A stretch of 64,000 bases of DNA from Paraspadella gotoi (Eukaryota > Animalia > Chaetognatha): contig CM119264.1 in assembly GCA_051294375.1 (NCBI GenBank), forward strand, positions 22,262,709-22,326,708, read 5' to 3'. Shown piece by piece: positions 14,821 to 29,025 of this stretch (within the stretch, counting starts at the first letter, position 1; every line of letters begins with the position of its first letter). A program made the translations under genes and the position numbers. The notes beneath the pieces were generated by a model. It was not told where the DNA came from. It worked only from the letters and a program-made list of their open reading frames with translations, and ran no database searches.

Positions 14821-14853
<33 letters not shown>

Positions 14854-15319
14854 TTCCGTCCATCGTTTTTCCTCGAACTCGATTTGAAAAATCTGAGAAT
14901 TACGTTTGTAAAAATATGAAAAAAAGAAAAAAAAAATAGAGAGAAAGAAAGAAGGAAAAACGTCGCGCTGAGTTTGCGTCCTTCTTCCCAAGACGAACGT
15001 AAAACTTATCCCATTCATGCAGATTTTCATAAATCTTTCTTACTCCCCCCTTTCCCTTGCACACACAGCTTTTTCCCCCCTCATACCCATTCTCTTTTTT
15101 TTTCTCCTTCGGATTTTTCTATTTTCTCATTTTTATTCTTTCTTTTTTTTTCTTTCACATTTTCTTTTTTTTTTCTTCTTGTTCTTCTTCGTCTTTTTCG
15201 TCTCTGTTTTTCTCTTCTGCTTTTTTAGGCTCTTCACCCTTAAGGAGAATCTATCTCATGGTTATTTCATGCAATCTCGGTCTCGGGGATCGTCTTTCTC
15301 TCTCTTCTATCTCTCTCCT

Positions 15320-15390
<71 letters not shown>

Positions 15391-16879
15391 TCTCCCTCTC
15401 CATTACTCCCAACCGCTCTAACTAGGTTTTATTGGCTAAATTGCCTTATCGTTATTACACGACTACACCGGGAGTTCGGATTTTGCAATAAACATTCTCA
15501 GTCGCCCATAATTTGTGTTCAGCTTATTTAAAACCGCCTCATGACCATGGAACACTGAATAAAACCGCGCGAAATAAAAAAATTTAAAAAAAAACGAAAA
15601 AGAAAAGAAAAATGAGAAAAAACCCACATTGAAATTTATGAGGCGAAATTTATGTGGAAGAAAAAACCCTTGGGTGCGAAAAACAGATTGGGGGAGAATT
15701 ACAGTTCGGTTTGTTTTGGTGGAATTTTTTGAGAGGCTTCGCTGGTTCGGCGGCTTACAATTTAGTGAATTCGCCGGTACTGTGGCATTTAGGACATTTT
15801 AAAGATGTTTTCTTTAGTCAAAACCGTAGTTTCTTGTGAGGCTTTTACAGCGATAATTGGTCTCAGAGCTGATTTTTGTGAAGGCTTTTATCGGTTTAGT
15901 GGTTTCTAGTTGTAGCCATGAAGGCTTTCTCCGGCCTTTGTTGGCAGAAAAATCAATAAACTGAAAAAAGAAATCCGTTTGCTTTGTTGCGTTTTTTTTT
16001 TTTTTTTTTTTGATTTGTTGCTCTAATATTCTTTGCCTCAATTGTGTGGATTCTTGTTCCATTCGTTGGGACAAGATTTAGATAACAATCAAAATAACAA
16101 TTAACAGATGACAATTGAGATAAAAATTCAAATAACAATTTAGGTTTTTACGTTCAGCGCATCTCATGTTCGAAACCAAGAGACACACTAATTCGAGATC
16201 TCTAATCGAATCCTGTCTCGTCACCTTCTCTTCTTCTCAAGAGCCTCACTCCAAACGCGCAGCAATTTCGCCGCCACGGAATTTCATTTCCGGTTTGGAA
16301 GGTGGCGCGTCGGTGGCGACGTTGATTGTACCTTGCATAATGTAACACCGAGTCACCGACAACTGGCGGAGCTCTCCAGCCTCGCCCCAACATCATCAGA
16401 ATCTCTCTACATCACCATCAGCCTCTCTCTCCAGCACCAACAGCCTCTCTCTGCATCACCATCAGCCTTTCTCCGCGACTTATTCATAAATACGCGTTTA
16501 AATTTTTCAAAGGCGCTTTTGGGTGTCATGAATTTTCAAAGCATTCCGTCTCTTTTTTTCTTTTTTTCTTTTTTCCTTTTTTTCTTTTTTTCCGTCTCTT
16601 TTCTCTTTTTAAAATTCTTTTTTTGGGGGGGGGGGAAATTGTCGGTGAGAAATTTTCGAAGCCGTCGTCGTCGTCGTCGTTCGACTCTTCCTCCTCCTCG
16701 TCCTCCTTCACCCCCCCCTTACGTTTTCGTCGTCGTTGCTGCGGTTTTCCCAATTCGTCGTCTTCGTCGTTTTCACCGTCGTCGTCATCGTCGTCGCCCG
16801 TAATGTCTTCGGTAAACAAGTCACGATAATCATCGCCGTTATTCGTCGTCGACGTCGTCTTCGTCCTCTCCAAAGTCGT

Positions 16880-17378
16880 CGTCGTCTTCTCCTCGCCAAT
16901 GTCGTCGTCGTCTTCGTCCTCGCCAATGTCGTCGTCGTTGTCTATGTCTCGTCTCTTCAAATGTCGTCGTCCGTCTTCGTCCTCTGCCAATCTGGCACGT
17001 CGTCGTCCTCGTGTCGTCGTGTCGTCCTCGCCAATGTCGTCGTCGTCTTCGTCCTCGCCAATGTCGTCGTCGTCTTCGTCCTCGCAATGTCATCGTTGTC
17101 GGCCATCTTCAGTCGTCTTCGTCCTCGCCAATGTCGTCGTCGTCTTCGTCCTCGCAATGTTGTCGACGTCGTCTTCGTCCTCGCCAATGTCGTCGACGTC
17201 GTCTTTGTCCTCGCCAATGTCGTCGTCGTCTTCGTCCTCGCCAATGTCGTCGTCGTCTTCGTCCTCGCCAATGTCGTCGTCGTTGTCTTCGTCCTCGCCA
17301 ATGTCATCGTCATCTTCGTCCGCGCCAATGTCGTCGCCGTCTTCATCCTCGCCAATGTCGTCGTCGTCGTCGTCGTCG
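16880..17378. repeat. 27-bp minisatellite GTCGTCGTCGTCTTCGTCCTCGCCAAT (error-rich copy at 1-362)
   Basis: Direct tandem units; source of the poly-S/V/R ORFs. Confidence 0.9.
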
Positions 17379-17590
17379 TACCTTGTCGGTTTCAACATTC
17401 ACTTCGCTTCGTCAGCGACAAACATTCAGTTCAAAATCGTCGTTAATTGTTTCTCTATTTTTTTTTTTTCGTTTCAATCTACAACGTCCTCGTTGTCGTC
17501 GTCGTCGTCGTCGTTAGCAAAACGGCTTCATGTTCGGTTCGCATTTCGCGTCGACATGGATTCGGTGCGTGATGCCATTGTCGAATGTCT

Positions 17591-17636
<46 letters not shown>

Positions 17637-18754
17637 AGCCACCCTCATTCTGGCCAGAATTTTCTTCAAACTCTCACATCCTCGAAGAAAAGTCGTATTC
17701 GAAATTCCATCCGAAGAAAATCTAGTGAAACCAGAAAGCCGAGAATCGAAGCTCCATCCGCCGCGCCGCCGGCGTCGAAAGAAAATAACCGAACGATGAC
17801 CGAAAAAGAGTTAAAGCTAATGACGTCAAAAGGCAATTTCCTTGAAAACCAACGACGTTAAAACTGACAATAAAACCGAACCGATTCTTCGTGACGACGT
17901 GACTAAGTTTTTTTTTTTCTTTCAATTTCTATTCCATTTCTAGAATTTTAAAGAAGAAAAAAAAAGGTTTCATCGTCTTTTTTTTTCTCTTCGGACGATT
18001 TAGTAGCTTTACACCTTTCCCGCCCACTCGCGGTAGCGCACGCCCGAGGATCACAGCCCACCGAGCCGAATTTTTTTTTTCCTTTTCCTTTTCCTTTTTT
18101 TTTTTTTTGCGATCCAACAGACGAAGAAGCGAATGGATAGACGGACGTATGGACGAAATAAAATTAAGAAAAGGAAATGGGCATTGGGCAGTGCAAAGAT
18201 GGAGAATACGCCGTATTTACAAGTATTTACAACATCAAGAATCAATTCGCAATAAAGTTAAGAATCCGAGAAAAGACTTACGAACGAAGGTAGAAACTGA
18301 AAGACAGACGGACAGACGGAGGAGAAGACTGGCTTTCGAAATAGATGGACTAGACGAGCGCCGTTGCGGTCTAAAAATAAAACCAAGGTCAATCCATTTT
18401 TTTTCCTCGCTAAGCATTTTCTAAGAGAAATTCTGACCTTGAATCGAGGCTCCGTTCGTAGCGGAAATGGCACGGTGAAAAAAAAAGTACATTTATTCAC
18501 TCATCACTCATCATTCACACTGGACACAGCGTATCTTTACTATGTGTAGCGAATGTGAAACGCAGAGTCGAAGGTGAAACGAGAATGCGTAGCGGACGAA
18601 AGAGGTAAGTTTCATTCGTCGACCGCAAGAGGGCAGGACGAGAAATGAGATTTTTTCTCGTAGGAGAGAGAGAGATAATAAACGAGGGAGTTAATTAGCG
18701 GGAATAAAAGTTAAAACAGAATTTTTTAAGCTCCGAGTGTTTTCGAGAGTTAAC

Positions 18755-18857
<103 letters not shown>

Positions 18858-19360
18858 CTCTCTCCATCTCAAACTCCTCAATCGGACTACTTCTTGAATT
18901 AGTTATTTTTTTCCATCTCTCTCAAACAATACTGCTCCGTCGTTTTCATCCTCATATGCAAATAGGATTTGTTCCTTGTCTTCTCTCTGAAGTAAACAAA
19001 AACGTTCCTCTAGTTATTTGTATTCTAAAGATTGGATTCTTTAGTTTCAGGTCCTCCTTATTAAATTTGTTTTCATATTTTGAATTTTTTTTCTTTTTCT
19101 TTTTCAATTTCTTTGCGTTTCTTCTGTCGTGAGCTTTATTTACTTTTCTTATTCACTCTCTGTTTTGTTTACGTTTTCTGGATTCATTCGGCGCAGAGTT
19201 TTTTTCTTTACTCACTCTTTCGTTTACTGGTGATTCTTTCTTCACGCATGGACGTGCATTTACACACACGACGTAGCCTTTGGATGTGCACGCACGAGCA
19301 CGTGATCCCATGAGATGGAGAAAGTAATAGGGAGAGAGACAAAAAAGAGAGTACGGAAGA

Positions 19361-19450
<90 letters not shown>

Positions 19451-20779
19451 GACGCACGTCTTTCCCTTTTTCCCACATTCTTTCGGCCTAAAGAAATTGC
19501 CTCTGGCGCGGTTTGAAAGTTCTCAGAGCTGTTTCGCATTTTTTGCTATTTTTTTACCAATTTACTCGCCGACGAAAAGAAAAAAATGTAGGTTAGTGTT
19601 GTAATAGAGTTACTGCAACTTTTTAACCCTTCCGGTATATTAGCTTTTCAGACTCGTGACAGAAAATTTATGAATTATTATGCATAAAAGTATAGTAAAA
19701 ATTACAAAAACAAATAGCAAAAAAGTAGAATCATACATCATGCACAGTATTAAAATATTTTATTTTGCGTTTTTATACGGTACTCAGCTAAAAGGTGTAA
19801 ATTTCAAATTCATTTTTTGAAAGATCATTACCATCTCTGCCAAAAATGCCAAATATTTCAAATATGCCACCAAGTTTTCAGTATTTTTGTCACTTATCCA
19901 TTAACAGCTTTTTCCAAATATCAGTGGCATCTGCCACTATGTTTTTCCCTTGTCACTTTGCCATTAACGACTTTGGCAAATTTCCCTTTTTGCCTCCGCC
20001 ATGTTGTGGCCTCAAACGAGGATTTGATTTCCGGGTCTCGTTTTTCTTCATTTTTCCTCCATTTTCTGCGCCCAAAGTCTTTACCACTTTTTTTTTTCTC
20101 TGTTTTTTCGCTTATTTCTTTCTTGTTGATTTTTTTTTTGCGAGGCTAAAACTTTTTTGAGTTTGTCTTTTTGTCTATATTTACTTTTTTCACTCTATGA
20201 TATAAAATTTATTCTCTCTTGTCTTTATCTCTTTCAGTTTCACCTGTTCTTCCATTTGAACTAACAGATTAATTAATGTTCCAATTTCTTTTCTTTTTTC
20301 TAAAACAATTTTTTCTCAAACATTAAATACATTTATGTGTCTTAAAACAAATATATTGTACGTAGTTTTTATCGATGAGAAATGACACTAGAAAAATATG
20401 GAATCGCTAAAATGAGGGAGACGGTTTGGGTAGAGGAAAGTGAAAGCAGAAAGTTAAAAAGAGAGGAAAAGTGGAAAAATAGGAGGAGCAGAAGGAGATG
20501 CGGAGGGAAGGATAAACCGCTTTGATTTATTTTCGGCTCAGGTGAGGAAATTGAGAAGAGCACCGTCATTTAATCCTGAAAGGGGAAAGAAAGACTAGAA
20601 AGGGAAGAAGGGATGGAAGGAGGAATGAAGAAGGAAGGTTGGATGGAAGAAATGAGGAATCCCATCTGGTTGGATGGTTTGTAAAAGGGAAGACGTTTAT
20701 ATAAGCGTTTTTAGTACAAGAAACAAACAAAACATACATACATATGTCTGAGAGAAAAAATAATAATGATAAAAAAGTA

Positions 20780-22900
<2,121 letters not shown>

Positions 22901-23617
22901 ATGCCCGACAACCGAAAGACCGCCTCGGTGCAATTCGGACGAGTCATTTTTCAAGGTTTTCCGACCGTTCCTTGTCGCGACCGACCAAAGGAAACGATAA
23001 AGGAAATAAGAACACATTAATGGAAAATTTTAAACTTACTTATAGTAATACCCAACTTTATTTATTAACAAACTTTATGAGTCTTTTCCTTTCCTTTTCC
23101 AGAGCTTTAATTTTTCATCTACTAGGTATTTTCTCTCACCTAATCACCTCCTTTACCTGTGATTTTCCAGTAATTTTTCGACTTTCAACTTGTCACATCT
23201 ACCCTCAAACCATCCCTCCTAGTAGTTTCTCGAACCCCTAGTGATAGCTATCCCATAGTGATAGCTATCCCACCACACCTTCTTCCCCCACACCTCCGTT
23301 CTCAAGCTTTTTTTTGCCACGCCTCCTCTCAATGGCTTTTCCGACTTCCGGCTTTTATTTTGACAAATCGCGCGGCAATTTTAGAGGAATCGAGGCGTCA
23401 ATGATTTATGTCCGCGGGAAAGAGGCTCCGAATTTCTTTCCGCGTTTTTCCCCCTTCACCCTGACGCTCTCGCTATCACACCTCAACCTTGTCTCCCCGT
23501 TTCGCTCATTCCCCCCCCCTATTTTTTGCCGACCTATCCTAAGTTAAGCCTTTTTACGTCAAATATTTTTTTATACAACGTATGAATCACAATTAACAAT
23601 CCCTAGCTGCTCTTTTT

Positions 23618-23702
<85 letters not shown>

Positions 23703-25888
23703 ATCTCTTCTTTCAGTATTTTCTTTCTCTTTTCTCTCTTCATTTCTCAAAAAAGATTTCCCAGCATGAAGGCACGAAACGCAACACGCATTAAGGGATA
23801 AGAAATAAAAGATGTGTGGAACCGCGGTGTGCGAGCAACGCCTCCGCGCTCCCAATACTCGGTGTGCGCGGAAATAACACGTCGCTACATATATTTCCAT
23901 GTTGTGAAATTTTTTTTACCTTTTCTCGTGGAAAAATAATGTTTGAATTAGATGTGACAACCTGGAGACCTGATAAATGATCAAGGCGGTAGATGGCTCC
24001 GATGCCTGAAACTCCCTCCTTTTCTCACACACTTTATTTTTTTCTTTGCATTTTTCTTTCCTTTTCTCTCTCTCTGCTCGTCTCTGCTTCTCTCGAGATG
24101 TGTCTGGCGGGCTCTCCCCTCGTTTCTCACTCTCGTGGCAGCGGTCCTTCTTTCTCAGGTCGCGTCTCCATCTCTCGTCTCTCTCTCTTTCTCTCCCTAA
24201 TATTTATTTTGTCAGCCTACATCACGATTTTTTCGAATGCATTGTGCAAAAATAGTCCATTGACTCGCTGACGTCAAGAGCTATGTCATTTGTCTGTCGG
24301 TTTTTTTTTTCATTAATTTTAAGCGCGCGGTTTAATGTCGGTAGTAAAACAAAATGGTGTTCGTTGAAGCTTCATTGATGACGACAATGACGACGACGAC
24401 ATTACCGCGAAAAAAAATCGTATTTCAAATAGGGTTGTGCGGTTATATTCAAGTTAAGTTTGTAAGCAGCATAACATTGTCAACTAACTAGCGCTTCACC
24501 GGTTTCAAAGACAAAATATCAAATCGGTAAAATTTTGTTATAATCTTAAAAAAATCTCATACATTTCATTTGTGAAAAATACAAGGGCATTTTTATTTTC
24601 ACCCAATTCAAATTACAAATTACACATTACACATTTGTAATGTGGACTGCCTTGAAAAAATGATTACGCTATGTGAATTGAAATTTTGGAAAAAAATAAA
24701 AATGCACTAGTATTTCCAACAAAGATTTTCTAATTAAATACTTACTAACCGTAAGTGTGCATGCGATGTCCTTACAATTTAAACGTCAAAACTTATAAGA
24801 ATGAATGGTTTATGGAATTGGTGCAACCAATATAAAAATTATGCATTCAATAAACAAGCTATCTTGCCTCTGACTTTGGTGGTTTAAGGCCTCCATCACC
24901 CTTACAAGATAAAGACATATGATTAGTATTATGCTCAGGATTATAAGCGTTTTAAAAATCTCCCTCTCATCATTTCTTTCTAACTTTAATTTGTCGCCAC
25001 ACAAAATAACCGTTCATCTATCCTTACACTAACTTAGCCTAACGTTCGTGTGCCTTCCACTATGTCGTCACCAAATTCTCTCTCCCCAATCACCCCTCCG
25101 ACCAGTAACCACCCCACCACCACCCAAACACCACCTCACCGCCTCCCACCATCTCCCTCCGCATTAAGCAAAACCGCCGCCAAAGAGTTAATGATAAAGT
25201 GTTGGCTGCGATTCTTGCGACGGCGTCGTGGGTGGAAAAAAGACGCTTGGGTGGGTAAGGGTGGACGAGCGGGTTGGGTGGGGTTTCGGATGCGTAGGTG
25301 TCGCCGCTGGCGCCGACGTCTTTCCGCGATTTATTCAACGTCTCTCGAAGGAGACCTCCCCCTTAATTATCATTAATTTCGAGTCTATTTTCCCCTCATG
25401 TATTTCAGCGACTCGTTTCAATCTCTCTCTTTGTTTTTACTCTCTTTTTTTTATTTCTAAGTGTGTTTTTTTTTCTTTTTACTAGTTTTATTTCCAAGTC
25501 TAAAAGAGAGAGAGAGAGAGAGAGAGAGAAATATATATGAAATATGAAATAGACCTAACCGGGGCGCAATTTACTGTGGCCATGAGGTCATTTCGTTTAC
25601 GAAAACTAAGTTAATGGTAAAAAATTCATTTTTAAAACCCATTTAAAATTAATTTTTAAAACGTGAAAATCCAAAATTTTAAGAACTATGTACAGACTTT
25701 CAAATTGTTAGTAGGTGATACTAAAAAAAGGAAAAAATTAATCAAAAATTACTAAAAAGATTTAAAGAGCTACAGACTGTTTAAAAACGTTATGACGTGA
25801 TTATGAAACCAGTTTAAGAATAGAAATTGAATCAATTCAATCAACAAGTAATATTGGATGAAAAAAAACAAAAACTTCAAGACTCGCA

Positions 25889-26280
25889 ATGACAGTCAAA
25901 TCCAAAGAATGTGCTAAGGCAGATGTTGTCCGACTTCAGTTTCTCATAGCACAGTTTTCATTGGTGATATGTGTGTGTTCCGTTTGTCGTTCTCTATGTT
26001 GTGTACTGTCCTTTCAAAACATTTCATTTCCTTTGGTCACTTCAAAGTTCTCTTCATTGCTCTTTTCTCAATCTGTCCTTTCATTTCTGTTGTACCTGCT
26101 GCATCATACACAATTTTTGAAGAGGTATGCATAGGCAGTTTTAAAAAGGTTTTTAGGGCTCTTAAATTTAGTTTTTCCAATTTTTCCCATTGATATTTGT
26201 TTGTTGTAATCCATACCAGACTGGAATAGTTTAAGACAGACACGACCAGGCTTGATAAACAGTGTTAATCAGTCTCATTC
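25889..26280 (-). mobile_element. 3' relic of a non-LTR retrotransposon ORF2 (post-RT region)
   Basis: SLVVSVLNYSSLVW...WEKLEKLNLRALKTFLKLPMHTSSKIVY fits the LxYxSxVW...KLExxxxRALR..LP..T motif of LINE ORF2 C-termini; stops and truncation present. Confidence 0.6.
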
Positions 26281-26294
26281 CACTATCATTCCAC

Positions 26295-26334
<40 letters not shown>

Positions 26335-26619
26335 AAGAGCAAGAGCAAGAGCGAAGAAAATAAGAACGGTATTTTCCAATGTGTTGCGCCGCAGTGACTT
26401 TGTTTTAAAGTGTATTTCCCTTTGATCACATTATATTACATGACATGACTAAAAAACCTTTTTATCCCATGAAGTTATGACATGCACTGCATTGAAATTC
26501 CGTCTTTGATTCCTTACAGTTTCAGGATTTCCTGAAGGCGGCGCTTGAAGTCCCTTAGATTTGAGGTTTTTTCCTGCAACCAATTATAGGCGAAGTATAT
26601 GCATTTTTAATGCAAGTAG

Positions 26620-26647
26620 GACAGACCGATGGACAGACATACCGACT

Positions 26648-26678
<31 letters not shown>

Positions 26679-26746
26679 CGACCGACAGACCCACTGAAAG
26701 TGATTCAGAGAGTTGCTCCGCGAGTACTCGCGGCGTAACTAAAAAT
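26620..26746 (+). mobile_element. Helentron/HINE (DINE-1-like) terminus
   Basis: (GACA/GACC)n array followed by AGTTGC, the perfect palindrome CCGCGAGTACTCGCGG (26718-26733) and GTAACTAAAAA; a decayed similar end lies at about 26951-27010. Confidence 0.45.
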
Positions 26747-27780
26747 GGAGACAAAAAGACAGAAAGTGACAAAAAGAATTTCAGTGTTCTGACCAGTCAG
26801 TCGCGGTTCATAAAAAATATCTTATATTTATATATAAAAGAAAATATTTAATTTTTAAACACTATTACATATAATAATTATAAAGAAAACGTTTTTTATA
26901 TTTTATTTTTAAAAGAAAAGCTTAGATAATAGATAAGTTATATTGAAAAAGACTGACCGACCGAAAGAGAGTCTTATCGAGTCGCGCAAAACGGAAACTA
27001 AAAAAAAAAACGTTTTACGAGAATGAATTTTGGCCGTAATGATGTTCTTTTCTTTTTCGACGATTTCCTTTGAGTCGATTTCGCTTTGATTGCCATCTAG
27101 GGAATCTCGAGACGACGTCCGAGATTGTTGTCGACAAACGAGAGACGGCGGTTTTCCGCGTTACACGTCGTCGTCTTTTTCGTCGTAGATGTCACCGACT
27201 TCGTCTTTGGTTAAAATCCAGTCTCAATTGAGTCACATTAGTGATTGTCCTGCCCCTGGCGACGAGTTTTTGATCGTTGTCGTCATAGTAGTGATCGCCC
27301 TTCCTAAAATTGTCCTCTTCCCTGGCCTCACAGTGACAGTTTCAATCTTTGACTTCCTCCTTAATCAAACTCTCTTCCCAATTATACTTTCTAAACTCCG
27401 AGGAAAAACTATTTTTGGTTTTACATTCCGCGGAAAGAATTTCCGTTTTTACATATTTTCTTTCTCTTTATTCACTGGTTTTTCTCTCTCTGTTTTTTTC
27501 TTTTTCTTTTCTTTTTCTTCATTCTCCTTTCCTCCCTCCTTCTTCCTTTCTTCCTCCCTCCTTAGTCCTTAGCATCTCATTCCTAATAACACGCTTCAGT
27601 TTACGAGAAAAATATTTCCTCCCTGTTTTTTTTCTCTCTTTATCTCGTTTTTATGTCCGAACGGTGATCATTTGTTTGTGCACAACTTTATCCGCTCCTG
27701 GGCGTCGCCACTGTCGGTTCCCACGTTTATTCAATCAATTACCGTTTATTGTGTTTACGCTCGACGACCTAGGATAAGAT

Positions 27781-27840
<60 letters not shown>

Positions 27841-28529
27841 AGTGAAAGTAAATCAAATTTAGAAGATGTTAACTACTTGACGTCAAAAGTATCACGTCAT
27901 TGTAAAGATCTTTTTTACGTCATTCGGTTGTCATCTTGCAATGGGGTAAAATGCATTGCATTATTTGAGTTTATACGTATGTATTAAGGCGTAGTAAAAT
28001 TTCTAAATTTAACTTTAAACTTTAATTAAATTCTAAAAGTAAGGAATGAACAACATTATTATTAATGAACATTTATGTAATCAAAAAATTTATAATGAAT
28101 TTTACAATTTACGCAGTAGGCCATATTATACTAGTACTAAACCAATAAATGTTAAAATTTCAAAACAAGATTTTTCTAAGAATTTTTTGCAGATTTGGAT
28201 TCGTCATAAAAAGTTGGGTAAAAAGAAATATAACTCTTTTTGAAAATTCCTTCATTAAGTGGGTCAAAAATTAGAAAAAGCTATATTTTTAAGCTGAAAA
28301 TTAACTTTTTATATTATTAAATATAGTTTTTTTTAATTTTTAACCCACTTAATGAAAGAATTTTTAAAAATCATTTATATTTTCTTTTATCAATTTTTGA
28401 CGAGGAATTCAAATCTCAATCAAAATTAAGAAAAGCTTATTTTGAAATTTTTTCGATTTTATAAAGTATAGTACTGTAGTCGGGCATAGCAAAGTTCACC
28501 CCGCCTCTAAGCATGAATCCTTCAGTTGT

Positions 28530-28600
28530 GACCCGGTGGCTCATTGAGTAAAGCCATCAGCTCATGACCACTAGGTACCGGGTTCAATCCCAACCGGGTA
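28530..28600 (+). promoter_or_regulatory. tRNA-derived Pol III module (A and B boxes) in the 5' LTR
   Basis: ACCCGG/CCGGGT acceptor-like stem, A-box-like TGGCTCATTGAG, loop CTCATGA, B-box GGTTCAATCC. The anticodon stem is unpaired, so it is not a functional tRNA. Confidence 0.75.
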
Positions 28601-28953
28601 CCTATTCTCGCGGAAGTGTGAGGACGGCCGTAAGCCGCCTTGGGGGCGTGGAAAAACCCTTCAAAGCCTGGTTCACAAGCCCAGGACCCGTTCCATAGCT
28701 GCAAGAGGGGGTTAAAGAAAATTGCGGATAGTCATTCTTCAAGCCCACTTAGCGCCTTATCCACACTGGTGAGCCCAATCTTGTCGAGCATATTCCAACT
28801 TTCTGATTCCAGGCCCATGGAACGTGCTGAAGATTGCTTCCCCCCCTCCCTCCACTGGAAGCAGTGGCAGGGTACGTTACAATCTGGGGGGCATGTAGTC
28901 GGGCATAGCAAAGTTCCACCCCGCCTCTAAAGCCATGAATCCTTCAGTTGTTT

Positions 28954-29025
28954 GACCCGGTGGCTCATTGAGTAAAGCCATCAGCTTCATGACCACTAGG
29001 TACCGGTTCAATCCCAACCCGGGTA
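28954..29025 (+). promoter_or_regulatory. tRNA-derived Pol III module in the 3' LTR
   Basis: Second copy GACCCGGTGGCTCATTGAGTAAAGCC...GGTTCAATCCCAACCCGGGTA. Confidence 0.7.

Noticed and set aside
16736-17861. Long ORFs (236-320 aa) of poly-S/V/R/D
   Set aside because: Translations of a 27-bp GTC-based minisatellite that is open in several frames on both strands.
27189-27400. Coding-looking segment with an in-frame TGA on the minus strand (possible selenocysteine)
   Set aside because: No recognisable family, no clear splice partners and no SECIS identified.
28530-28600. Functional tRNA-Met(CAT) gene
   Set aside because: Anticodon stem unpaired, T-arm imperfect, and the sequence is duplicated as part of the LTRs.
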